The position numbers and the translations under genes are program-made. A stretch of DNA of 64,000 bases from an uncultured Verrucomicrobiae bacterium. GTDB lineage: Bacteria; Verrucomicrobiota; Verrucomicrobiia; Limisphaerales; JAFGQR01. Positions 8,144-17,531 of the stretch are shown in pieces. Location of the stretch: positions 32,001-96,000 of the forward strand of contig CAWBHS010000090.1 of NCBI GenBank assembly GCA_963788655.1, in the 5' to 3' direction. The notes beneath the pieces are model-generated. The model was not told where the DNA came from and did not search any database. It saw nothing but the letters and a program-made list of their open reading frames with translations. Numbering within the stretch: the stretch's first letter is position 1; each line of letters starts with the position of its first letter.

Positions 8144-9289
8144 CTATCGGTCTTTGCCGTAACCCGCCAATTCCATATAGCCGCGGCCTTGTACCGTGTG
8201 ACCGAGATGACGGCCGTGTACGTCCACGGCACCTTCCCAATACCGCACCGATGCGTGCAGTTCCTGATCGGCGACGAGCGGCTGCAATTCGAGATCGAGT
8301 TTTACCTTGGGAACGCGGATACGCCAGCGCGCCGGGTAGTGGATGCCGTCCGAACTGCGCCATTTGCTGAGCACTTCGGTCTGCACATCGCCGTGGTCCA
8401 GATGCACGGCGTTGCCCTTGGCATCGATCAATGTGCCGTTGCTGTGTTCATCGATGGTGCCGTCCTGGCGCCGCAAGCGGTAGAACATGAGGTCGTAACC
8501 GTCGTCCAGATGCAGCGCGAACCAGTCCCAGCCGCTTTGCTGCGGGCCGAGGGCGCTGGTGCTCCACTCCCGATCCATCCACGAAAGCCCCTGCACCGCG
8601 TAGCGCGCGCCGCCGATGGTCAATTCGCCTTGGCTGCGCAAGCGGGGAATGGAGTAGTAATAGGATGCGTTGCCCGGAGCATCGCTTTTGCGGCTCAGGC
8701 CCGCGTCGCCCTGCAGGACAACGGGTTTGATAGGCGTCAGCGACAGATCGAGGCGGCTGCCGTCATCGCCCTGGGCATGCAGATTCCAGTTGCCGCCCTG
8801 GGTATCCAGTCCCCAGTCGTCGATCCACAAGTGCAACGGTCCGGCTTCGGCGCCGGCCAGTCCAACCGCGCCGCGCTCGATTTTCTCGAACCAGTGAAAC
8901 TGCTGCGCCTGCGCATCGGTGACGGTGAAATGCGCCATGTACAGTTGGTTGGTGGCCCAGTGGGAAGCGCGCTGCGGCGGTTGCGGCGCCAGTGCGAAAC
9001 GGAACAAAGTCCATTGATACCCGAAGCGACGACCATCGGCGGCTTGAAGATTGCCGGTGAAATACCACCACTCGCTGCGATAACGCGGATGCGGTCCATG
9101 GTCGGCCGGGAACTCGAACCGACGCTCGGTGTCGGCACGGGCGAACCCTTCGGACGTTGCGCCGCCCGGCGTATCGCCGAGCAACTCACCAAGGCGCAGC
9201 GCATTTGTCGCCGGTTCGGACTGCGGTTGACCGCAGGCACCGAGCAAGGCTGTCAGTGACAGCGACAATGCGGCAAGGTAGCGGTTCAT
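8144..9289 (-). CDS. Lipocalin-like AttH/CrtC family lipoprotein
   Basis: LLGAC lipobox, FPADHGPHP, EWWYFTG, WMDREWS, GWDWF, YWEG, GYMEL motifs. ATGA overlap with the permease stop. Confidence 0.88.
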   Translation of the reverse strand: MNRYLAALSLSLTALLGACGQPQSEPATNALRLGELLGDTPGGATSEGFARADTERRFEFPADHGPHPRYRSEWWYFTGNLQAADGRRFGYQWTLFRFALAPQPPQRASHWATNQLYMAHFTVTDAQAQQFHWFEKIERGAVGLAGAEAGPLHLWIDDWGLDTQGGNWNLHAQGDDGSRLDLSLTPIKPVVLQGDAGLSRKSDAPGNASYYYSIPRLRSQGELTIGGARYAVQGLSWMDREWSTSALGPQQSGWDWFALHLDDGYDLMFYRLRRQDGTIDEHSNGTLIDAKGNAVHLDHGDVQTEVLSKWRSSDGIHYPARWRIRVPKVKLDLELQPLVADQELHASVRYWEGAVDVHGRHLGHTVQGRGYMELAGYGKDR

Positions 9290-11823
9290 TCTTCGCGCAA
9301 CGCAGCCGCCGGCGAAGTACGCGCCATGCGCCAGCCGGGCCAGACGCCGGCCAACAACGCCGCCACCAATGCCAGCGCCACACCCTGCAGCAGCAGATGG
9401 GGCGCGATCGACATGTCCATGGACCAACCGAACGCACGGCGGTTGATGACATGGGTGAGCAACGCCGCCAGCACCAACCCCGTCGGCACCGCCAATACGC
9501 CGGCCGCCAGCCCCATGCAACCGGTCTGGGCGGTCACCATGGCCAATACCTGGCCGGGCGTGAAACCGGTGGCGCGCAGCACCGCCATTTCCTTCGCCCG
9601 TTCCAATTGCAGCGCCATCAGCGCGCTTAGGATGCCGACGAATGCCACCAGCATGGCGAGGGTGCGCAGCACGTTGGTGATGACGAAGGTCCGATCGAAA
9701 ATATCCAGTGACAAGGCCCGCAGTTGGGCGTTGGAACGAATGGCGATGGCCTGCTTCGGCGCCCATTGCGCAACCCGCGCGCGCACTTGCGACAGCACAT
9801 CCTGCAACGCCGCCTTCGGCGCCAGATACAAGCCGATCCCACCGACGCCGGGATCGTTGAAATAACGCAAATACAACGGCCGCGACATCAGCACTTCGCC
9901 CTGTTCGGAACCGTAATCGTAATACACCGCCGCAATCGCAAAAGACTGCGGCCCGCGCTCGGTGGGCAGAGCGATGGTATCGCCTGCATGCAGTTTGCGC
10001 CGCCAGGCCAGCGGTTCGGACACCAGCACGGCATCGCCGCTGCGAAAGCGCTGCCAGACCCCATCGGGCTGTCCCTGCAGCAGCGGATAACGGGGCGTCA
10101 GGTGATCGCTGAGCCCCAAAGCGAACACATCCGTCAGGCCTTGGGGTGTGGTCAGGGTCACGCTCCGGCCCCGGGAGATCCCGGACACACCCGGCAGCGC
10201 CGCCAACTCGTCGATCAATTGCGGCGGCAGATCGCCGCGACTGTGTCCGGCCCGCAAGGTGGTCACCGAGACATAGATGTCCGCCTGCAGGCTCGCCTCC
10301 AGCCAGCGGGCGACGCTGTCGCGAAAACTTTCCACCATGACGCCGACGCCGACGGTGGTGGCCACCGCCAAGGTCAGCGCGGCAATGGCAACGCCGGTAC
10401 GGCTCAGGGATGCCGCGATACCCTGCAGTAGCAAACGCGCTTCGACACCAAGGCGTGTCGCCAGCGGTGTGGTCAGGCGTACCATCCAATACACGGCATA
10501 GGGCGTTGCCGCGGCAATGCCCACCAGCAACAGAAACAAGGCGCCGAATCCCGCCAGCAGGCTGCGGTCACTCCACCACAACAACGCCAGCCCGGCGCCT
10601 GCCAGCAGCACGCCGAGCAACGCCAGCCGCGGTGCCAGCCAGTGACTGCGTGCCTCCAATTGCGAGCGTTGCAACGCGGCATGGGGCGACGTATTGGCCG
10701 CTTCCAATGCCGGTGCGGTCGCCGCCAGCAGCGTCGCGCCCAGGCCCAGCAGCGCACCTTTCCACAACGGTGTCGGCGTCAGCAGATACTGGGTCACCGT
10801 GAGCACGAAATAGTGGTCGTTGATGGTGCGCGTCACCAACTGCAACAGGGCCTCGCCCAGCAGCGTGCCCGCCACCAGACCGAACAGGGTGCCGACGATT
10901 CCGAGCGCCAGCGCTTCGATCAACACCAACCGGAAGGCTTCGGCGCGGGTGACTCCCAGGGCCCGCAAGGTGCCCAGCAGCCGGCGCCGCTGCAGCACCA
11001 TGAAAGTGACGCTGTTGTAGATCAGGAACATGGCCACCACCATCGCCAGCAAGCTCATGGCGGTGAGGTTGGTGGTGAACGCGTCGGTCATTTGCTCGGT
11101 GGTGCGGCTGCGTCCGGCGGCGCTCAACAGTTGTACGTCCGCCGGCAGGTCTTTCGCCAACTGCTGTCGCTGCGCGGAGGTCAGGATCAAATCGATGCGG
11201 CTGAGCCGGCCGACCATACGCGCCAGTTCCTGCGCCGTGGCGATGTCGGCCACTACCAGACCTTCGACGGCGGCCGCGGCCCCGCTGCGGGCATGCAGCA
11301 GACCGACAATGTGCATTTGCCGTTGACGACCGGCGATCACCAGGCTGGCATGGTCGCCGACGCGCAGCCCGAGCCGCCGTGCCGTCGGCGCCGCCAACAG
11401 CACCGCACCGGCCTCGGTCAAAAGAGTCGCGGTGCGCGCACCCGCGTCGGCATCGGCGGCGCCTGCCAGCAGATCGCGAAAACGGCGTTCGGAAAACGGA
11501 TCGACGCCCAGCAGGTGCACCGGCTGCTGGTCGAGCGTGCCGTAGGCCTCCACCACCGGCGCCGCCGGCGGCGCACCGGGCCGGCGCCGCACACCTACAT
11601 ACAGTCGCTCGTCGACGCCGGCCGGTCCGCCCACGATTTGATGACTGGCGTGGCCATACAACTCGGACATGGAAAGTTCGAACGCGCGCGCGGCACTGGT
11701 ATTGGCCAGATCCACCGCCACCACCACCGCGACCCCGAGCGCCACGCCGAGCACCGCCAGCGCCACTTGCCAAGGATGCCGCCACAGGAATCGCCAACCG
11801 GCGCGCTGGGCGAGGCTCACCAT
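9286..11823 (-). CDS. ABC transporter permease, FtsX/MacB-like (AttF/G-like)
   Basis: 845 aa with two FtsX-type repeats (LRALG, LRATG). Confidence 0.9.
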   Translation of the reverse strand: MVSLAQRAGWRFLWRHPWQVALAVLGVALGVAVVVAVDLANTSAARAFELSMSELYGHASHQIVGGPAGVDERLYVGVRRRPGAPPAAPVVEAYGTLDQQPVHLLGVDPFSERRFRDLLAGAADADAGARTATLLTEAGAVLLAAPTARRLGLRVGDHASLVIAGRQRQMHIVGLLHARSGAAAAVEGLVVADIATAQELARMVGRLSRIDLILTSAQRQQLAKDLPADVQLLSAAGRSRTTEQMTDAFTTNLTAMSLLAMVVAMFLIYNSVTFMVLQRRRLLGTLRALGVTRAEAFRLVLIEALALGIVGTLFGLVAGTLLGEALLQLVTRTINDHYFVLTVTQYLLTPTPLWKGALLGLGATLLAATAPALEAANTSPHAALQRSQLEARSHWLAPRLALLGVLLAGAGLALLWWSDRSLLAGFGALFLLLVGIAAATPYAVYWMVRLTTPLATRLGVEARLLLQGIAASLSRTGVAIAALTLAVATTVGVGVMVESFRDSVARWLEASLQADIYVSVTTLRAGHSRGDLPPQLIDELAALPGVSGISRGRSVTLTTPQGLTDVFALGLSDHLTPRYPLLQGQPDGVWQRFRSGDAVLVSEPLAWRRKLHAGDTIALPTERGPQSFAIAAVYYDYGSEQGEVLMSRPLYLRYFNDPGVGGIGLYLAPKAALQDVLSQVRARVAQWAPKQAIAIRSNAQLRALSLDIFDRTFVITNVLRTLAMLVAFVGILSALMALQLERAKEMAVLRATGFTPGQVLAMVTAQTGCMGLAAGVLAVPTGLVLAALLTHVINRRAFGWSMDMSIAPHLLLQGVALALVAALLAGVWPGWRMARTSPAAALREE

Positions 11824-12539
11824 CCCTGCTGCTCTTCCATGCTGGCCGGTCGGCCATCCTGCAACACCAGCACCCGATCGGCGATGGCGGCCACTTCCCG
11901 GGAATGGGTCACCACCATCAGAGTCTGACCTCGCTCCCGCACTAGGCGTTGCAACAGCGCCAGCACCCGGCGACCGCTGTCGGCGTCCAGGTTGCCGGTA
12001 GGTTCGTCCGCCAACACCAGGGTGGGTTCGTGCACCAGCGCCCGGGCGATGGCGACCCGCTGCTGTTCGCCGCCGGACAGGCGGTCGGGAAACGTGTCCG
12101 CCCGGTCGGCCAGTTCGACTTCCGCCAGCATCCGCAACGCTTCCGCTGCCGACTCCCGACGTCGGCCGACGAGTTCCAGCGGCAGACGCACGTTCTCCGC
12201 TACGGTCAGGGTCGGGATCAGATTGAAGAACTGATAGATGAAGCCGATGTGGTGACGCCGGAACAGCGTACGCGCCCGTTCCGACAACGCACTCAGCTCG
12301 ATGCCGCCGATATGGATCGAACCCTGGTCGGGATAATCGATGCCGCTGAGAAGATTGAGCAGGGTGGATTTACCTGAGCCGCTGCGTCCCACCAAGGCAA
12401 CGATCTCGCCACGCTGCACTTGCAGGTCGACGCCGCGCAGCACACTGCGCGCCCGTTCGCCCTCGCGAAACGCACGCTGCAGATTGCGCACCTGCAGCAG
12501 TGGAGTCCCGGCTTCGGTCGACGGCGCAGCCACGGTCAA
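11817..12539 (-). CDS. ABC transporter ATP-binding protein (LolD/MacB-like)
   Basis: [33 protein letters not shown]. Confidence 0.93.
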   Translation of the reverse strand: MTVAAPSTEAGTPLLQVRNLQRAFREGERARSVLRGVDLQVQRGEIVALVGRSGSGKSTLLNLLSGIDYPDQGSIHIGGIELSALSERARTLFRRHHIGFIYQFFNLIPTLTVAENVRLPLELVGRRRESAAEALRMLAEVELADRADTFPDRLSGGEQQRVAIARALVHEPTLVLADEPTGNLDADSGRRVLALLQRLVRERGQTLMVVTHSREVAAIADRVLVLQDGRPASMEEQQGW

Positions 12540-13087
12540 TGCAGTGGCGACACGCCGAACAACAGCGGATGCACCCGCAGCAGACCGACATAGACCATGA
12601 CGCCGATGATCGCCGTGAACGCGTCCCGCGACCAGGGGACAGGCGCTGTGGATTTTTGTGCGCCGCGCAAATTAGCCGACAACATATCCAGCAAGGCGTA
12701 GACCCCGAACCCGCCGAATAACAACAGCGCAGCGCGATCGCCATTGGCAAGCAGATGCGCCAGCGCCCACAAGGTGACGCCCCACAACATCGGGTGCCGC
12801 GTGAAGCGGCGTGCGTTGCCGGGTGCATAGGCCGCCACCAATAGAATTGACGCCGGCAACATCAGCGCCAACGCCCAATGCGCGCCCCAGGGCGGCGGCG
12901 TGTACACGGGTACGAACGGTGCGCGGCCGAAGCCGATGACCATCAACACGAAGCCCAGCAACGACAGCAGCGCAAACACAGCTTGATAGCCGCGCTCTCC
13001 CAAGCTGCGAATCATCGCCGCCCGCAACGGCGGCAACCACGGCACCATGTGGGTCGCGAAAAACAGTACCAAGCCCGCAATCAGCAT
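12536..13087 (-). CDS. NnrU family membrane protein
   Basis: GLVLFFATH, RHPMLWG, WALAHLLANGD motifs. Confidence 0.85.
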   Translation of the reverse strand: MLIAGLVLFFATHMVPWLPPLRAAMIRSLGERGYQAVFALLSLLGFVLMVIGFGRAPFVPVYTPPPWGAHWALALMLPASILLVAAYAPGNARRFTRHPMLWGVTLWALAHLLANGDRAALLLFGGFGVYALLDMLSANLRGAQKSTAPVPWSRDAFTAIIGVMVYVGLLRVHPLLFGVSPLH

Positions 13088-13389
13088 CCTACACCGCTCC
13101 TTGCGCCGCACCATTTCGCCAACGCAACCATTTGTAGGCTTGTCGCCCGATTATTGACGTTTTGTGGATTCGGAATGTGATCGTTGAATGAATCGAAAGC
13201 GTCACCTGTATCTGTCGCATCACGCTAGACCGGGTCGACGCGCGAAGCAACTTGCCTGCCCTTGCAGACTATCATGGCTACCCTAGACTTCCGCCACCGT
13301 CGAAATTACTACGGCGGATAAGAGGACCGCCACGGCGCGCTTCGGTGCGATGCGGTCCAACATCATTTTCCACGTGAGGAGTTGGAGCT

Positions 13390-13710
13390 ATGGATAAGCG
13401 TGTAATCGTATTTTTGGCCGCCACGGTGTTCGCAGCCAGTGCCGGCGCTTCCGGTATGTCGAAGGACGCCGGATCGAGCGCCGCCATGGACAAGAGTGGC
13501 GATCAGTTCAGCAGCCTGGACACCAACGGTGACGGCAAGATCAGCAAAGAAGAAGCACAGGGCGAATTGAAGGCCAATTGGAGCAAGGCCGACGCCAACG
13601 CCGACGGCAGTATCGACGAATCCGAGTTCAGCGCATTCGAAGCTGAAAACCCGAGCGCGGCCGCACCGCCCTCCGGCGACTCGGGCGGCGACGCGTCCGG
13701 CGAAAAGTAA
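13390..13710 (+). CDS. Secreted EF-hand calcium-binding protein
   Basis: Signal peptide, loops DTNGDGKISKEE and DANADGSIDESE, GGAG RBS. Confidence 0.85.
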   Translation: MDKRVIVFLAATVFAASAGASGMSKDAGSSAAMDKSGDQFSSLDTNGDGKISKEEAQGELKANWSKADANADGSIDESEFSAFEAENPSAAAPPSGDSGGDASGEK

Positions 13711-13729
13711 ACACTGCAAATCCCGATGC

Positions 13730-13766
13730 GTTCGCGGGACCCGTTACGCGGGCCCCGCGAACTTTT
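13730..13766 (+). terminator. Rho-independent terminator
   Basis: GTTCGCGGGACCCG/CGGGCCCCGCGAAC stem followed by TTTT. Confidence 0.7.
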
Positions 13767-13939
13767 GGTTTGACCCCTCCCCGCCGGTCGAAAATGACGT
13801 CTAACGACGACGTGAAATCGCGTTTACACCACTAGCCCGGCAACGTCAAAAGCCTAAACTGTCGCCACCGTCGCCAAGTCGGCGGAAAGAAGCTTAGGGC
13901 TCCGGCCCGTGACCATTTTTCTCCGCGGAGGAAACAGGA

Positions 13940-14260
13940 ATGAACAAGCGTTTGATGGTTTTGATCGCGGCCAGCATGTTTGCGACTGCATCGGTCGCCG
14001 CAGATAGCATGGACAGCACCAAGTACGACAAGCAGTTCAGCAAGTTGGACAAGAACCACGACGGCAAAATCAGCAAGGATGAAGCGAAAGCCAACAAGAC
14101 CCTGAAGAAGGATTGGAGCACCGCGGACGCCGACAGCGACGGCACGGTCACCAAGTCTGAGTTCAGCGCTTTCGAGGTTGCGCGCCACGCCAAGAAGTCG
14201 AGTATGTCGCACTCCAGTTCCGCACCGAGCGACAAACCTGCCAAAGCAGGCAGCGATTGA
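13940..14260 (+). CDS. Secreted EF-hand calcium-binding protein
   Basis: Signal peptide, loops DKNHDGKISKDE and DADSDGTVTKSE, GGAGG RBS. Confidence 0.85.
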   Translation: MNKRLMVLIAASMFATASVAADSMDSTKYDKQFSKLDKNHDGKISKDEAKANKTLKKDWSTADADSDGTVTKSEFSAFEVARHAKKSSMSHSSSAPSDKPAKAGSD

Positions 14261-14290
14261 TGTCGCTCTGATCGACCGTCATTGATCGCA

Positions 14291-14318
14291 AAGCCCGGCC
14301 TCTTGGCCGGGCTTTTTT
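14291..14318 (+). terminator. Rho-independent terminator
   Basis: AAGCCCGGCC-TCTT-GGCCGGGC followed by TTTTTT. Confidence 0.85.
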
Positions 14319-14406
14319 CGTTGCACCGACCGCGATTCATGGCCGCCGCTCCCCCGGCCCGGTACAATAGCGATCCTGTTCCACAACGCCCAGCGGCAAC
14401 ACGCCC

Positions 14407-14970
14407 ATGAAAGCCAGTGAACTCAAAAAAGGCCACGTAGTCCAGCTTGACGGCCGCAGCATCTACATCAAAGAGGTGCAAGTCCAGACCGCCTCCTCCC
14501 GCAGTGGCAATACCTTGTACAAGGCCCGCGGTCAGGATGTCGCCACCAAGCAGAAATTCGAACGCAGTTTCAAGGGCGATGACGTGCTGCAGCCGGTGGA
14601 GTTCGAACGGCGCCCGGTGCAGTATCTGTTTCAGGACCCCGACGGCTGCACGTTCATGGATGCCGAGACTTACGAGCAATACAGTCTCAATGACGACGCC
14701 GTCGCCGAAGAACGTCCTTACCTGGTCGACGGCCTGGAAAACATTTACGCCTTGATCGCCGATGGCGTCGTGCTCGGCATCGAGCTGCCCGCCACCGTGA
14801 TTCTGGAAGTCGTCGACACTTCGCCGGCGATGAAAGGCGCCACCGCATCGGCCCGCAACAAGCCGGCCACACTCAACACCGGTTTGGTCGTGCAGGTACC
14901 CGAATACCTGGCCGCCGGCGAGCAGATCAAGGTCAACACACTCACCGGCGAGTTCATTTCCCGTGCTTGA
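14407..14970 (+). CDS. yeiP: Elongation factor P-like protein (EfpL/YeiP)
   Basis: EF-P fold motifs KGATASARNKPA and VQVPEYL...IKVNT.TGEFISRA. Arg-tipped loop rather than PGKG. Confidence 0.85.
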   Translation: MKASELKKGHVVQLDGRSIYIKEVQVQTASSRSGNTLYKARGQDVATKQKFERSFKGDDVLQPVEFERRPVQYLFQDPDGCTFMDAETYEQYSLNDDAVAEERPYLVDGLENIYALIADGVVLGIELPATVILEVVDTSPAMKGATASARNKPATLNTGLVVQVPEYLAAGEQIKVNTLTGEFISRA

Positions 14971-14988
14971 TGCGGGCTGCCGTCGCAC

Positions 14989-15936
14989 ATGAACGCCGGT
15001 TCCCGAGCGCAAGCCGCCGACGCGAACGCCACCGTGATCGTCGGCCGCGGCTTGGCCAAGCGTTACCACGACCAGGTTGCCGTGGACGGCATCGATCTCG
15101 ACATTCCCAAAGGCAAATGCTTCGGTTTTCTCGGTCCCAACGGTGCCGGCAAAACCACCACATTGCGCATGCTGCTGGGGCTTACGCCCATGACCAACGG
15201 CACGCTCACGGTATTCGGCCTGCCGGTGCCTGCCCGTGCGCGGGAGGTGCGCGCCCGGGTCGGCGTCGTACCCCAGGGCGACAACCTCGACCCGGATTTC
15301 TCGGTGGTCGAAAACCTGCGGGTCTATGCCAGCTATTTCGGCCTGCCACGGTCGCAGGTCGATAAACGCATCGAGGAGTTGCTGGAGTTCGCCGCCTTGC
15401 GCGACCGCCGAAACGCCAAGACCGACTCCCTGTCGGGCGGCATGAAACGGCGCCTGACCATTGCCCGCGCACTGATCAATGAACCGGAATTGGTGGTACT
15501 CGATGAACCCACGACCGGCCTCGACCCCCAGGCCCGGCACGTAATCTGGTCGCGCCTGGAAGAGTTGCGCGAGCGCGGGACGACGCTGCTGCTGACCACC
15601 CATTACATGGAGGAAGCCGAGCGCCTGTGCGACGAACTGGTGATCATGGATCACGGCCGCATACTCGATCAGGGTTCGCCGGCGCAATTGATCGACCGCC
15701 ATGTCGAAGCCGAAGTGATCGAAATCCGCTTGCACGGTAACGCGGTCCCGGACCTGCCGGGCCCGGAGTCGGGTTGCCGGGTGGAGCGCATGGGCACCAG
15801 CGTATATTGCTACACCCAGCAGTCGGCGCCATTGCTGGAGCGCCTGCGGGAATCCACCGGGCTGACCTTCACCCACCGTCCGGCGGGCCTGGAAGACGTG
15901 TTCCTGCGTCTCACCGGCCGGGAGCTGCGGGATTGA
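14989..15936 (+). CDS. ABC transporter ATP-binding protein, NodI-like
   Basis: GPNGAGKTT, LSGGMKRRL, LDEPTTGLDPQARH, LEDVFLRLTGRELRD. Confidence 0.9.
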   Translation: MNAGSRAQAADANATVIVGRGLAKRYHDQVAVDGIDLDIPKGKCFGFLGPNGAGKTTTLRMLLGLTPMTNGTLTVFGLPVPARAREVRARVGVVPQGDNLDPDFSVVENLRVYASYFGLPRSQVDKRIEELLEFAALRDRRNAKTDSLSGGMKRRLTIARALINEPELVVLDEPTTGLDPQARHVIWSRLEELRERGTTLLLTTHYMEEAERLCDELVIMDHGRILDQGSPAQLIDRHVEAEVIEIRLHGNAVPDLPGPESGCRVERMGTSVYCYTQQSAPLLERLRESTGLTFTHRPAGLEDVFLRLTGRELRD

Positions 15937-16713
15937 ACCGGTGGCGGCTACCGCGGGCGCGGCGCGGCGCATTCGCCGTCTGGCATCGCAATGTGCGGGT
16001 GTGGCGCAAACTGCTGGGGCCGGCCATCGTCATGAACTTTGGCGAACCGACCCTGTATCTGCTCGGGCTCGGTTATGGGCTCGGCTTTTTCATCCGCAAC
16101 ATGGCGGAGATGCCCTATCTGACCTTTCTTGCTTCCGGCATCATCGCTTCCTCGGCTATGACCACCGCGACGTTCGAGGGCATGTACTCGGTCTTCACCC
16201 GCATGGTGCCCCAGCGCACCTATGAGGCGTTGCTCGCCACCCCAATCGAAGTGGACGATATTCTCGCCGGCGAAATGATCTGGTGCGCCACCAAAAGCCT
16301 GTTCAGCGGCTTCGCAATTTTAATCGTCGCCGCCATCCTTGGGGTGGTACAAGGCTGGCAGGCTTTGTGGGTATTGCCGGCGGTATTCCTGACCGGGCTC
16401 TGTTTCGCCGGACCGGCGATGATGATGAGCGCGGTGGCTTCGAACTACGATTTCTTCAACTACTACTTCGTCCTGGTGATCACACCCATGCTGTTGCTTT
16501 CGGGCGTGTTCTATCCCATCTCCACACTTCCGGCCGCGGTTCAAGGGGTCGTGCAGGTGTTGCCCCTGACCCACGCCGTAGCCCTGTGCCGTCCATTGCT
16601 TGCGCGGACTGCCGTTGACGCAGCCGTTGCTGCACGTCGGAGTGCTCTTGGCGTACGCGGTAATCAGCTATTACCTGGCCGTGGTCATGGTGCGGCGGCG
16701 GCTGCTGGTCTGA
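15933..16713 (+). CDS. ABC transporter permease, NodJ-like (apparent +1 frameshift near 16604)
   Basis: EPTLYLLGLGYGLG, LSGVFYP, LPLTHAV. Removing one base restores GLPLTQPLLHVGVLLAYAVISYYLAVVMVRRRLLV*. Confidence 0.85.
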
Positions 16714-16737
16714 ACCCCTACCTGGCGCTCGGTCCGG

Positions 16738-17118
16738 TCAAGGTTTGGAACCAGGCGAACCAAACAAACTGTCGAGTGCGTCCCGGGCGTTGGCCGAAAC
16801 ATTGGCCGACGTCGCGTCCCCTTCGGGAGCACGACCGAACAATGCCTCGAGTTCCCGCCGGGCACGGGCGGCCGCTTGGTCCTCCGGGCGAAAGGCATTG
16901 GCCGTCGGTTCGAAGTAACCGCAAAAGTTGGCCCGCTCCTTATGCAATACCGGCTCGGCAACCGGCTCGGTACAAGCCTGGGAGACTCCGGTATCGTAGA
17001 ACCGGCACATGCGACATACGTGCAGTTCGGCGGCACAGGCGGGACATTCGTCGCGCAGCGCCAACGATTGGAACGCCAGCGTATTACCGCATTTCCAACA
17101 CGCGAGTTGATCGACCAT
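16738..17118 (-). CDS. Cys-rich hypothetical protein (putative metal-binding)
   Basis: CWKC, CPAC, CRMC, C and KERANFC, eight Cys in total. Confidence 0.7.
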   Translation of the reverse strand: MVDQLACWKCGNTLAFQSLALRDECPACAAELHVCRMCRFYDTGVSQACTEPVAEPVLHKERANFCGYFEPTANAFRPEDQAAARARRELEALFGRAPEGDATSANVSANARDALDSLFGSPGSKP

Positions 17119-17133
17119 AGCGCACCTTGCCGG

Positions 17134-17349
17134 TCAGCCAGTCATGCCCAAGGCGGCGGCGCCCAGGTACAGAACGCTGGCGACCACCAGTGAACCGCCC
17201 CAGGCGGCGACCCAATATTGTCGGCCACGCATGCCTGCCAACACCAGAATGACACCGATGATCAGACCCAGAAAGACCGATCCGACAATGAACGACTCGG
17301 TACTGGAACCGGCGGCCTGTTGGGCGGCCTGATCAATACGATAGCGCAT
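17134..17349 (-). CDS. Small two-TM membrane protein
   Basis: MRYRIDQAAQ followed by two hydrophobic segments. AAGGA RBS. Confidence 0.6.
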   Translation of the reverse strand: MRYRIDQAAQQAAGSSTESFIVGSVFLGLIIGVILVLAGMRGRQYWVAAWGGSLVVASVLYLGAAALGMTG

Positions 17350-17531
17350 ATAGATCCTTTCGTTGACTTCGACCACACCGAGCCCGTGGTAATCGGCTCG
17401 GGCCAGGTGTCGCGCCCATGATATCCATACCGCGCCCGCGGCAGAAACCAAAGGGCGGCTTAGGGTAAAATGCCGGGTTCCTGCATCCAACCTCTTTGAT
17501 CGTGGCCCGACCGGGCGCGCGTACGGTTCCC

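Noticed and set aside
8144..9289. CrtC-like protein as evidence of carotenoid synthesis
   Set aside because: The lipobox and linkage to an FtsX-type ABC system fit the AttH lipocalin-like group, and no crt genes are nearby.
14989..16713. nodIJ as evidence of nodulation
   Set aside because: No nodABC is present, and such exporters are widespread in non-nodulating bacteria.
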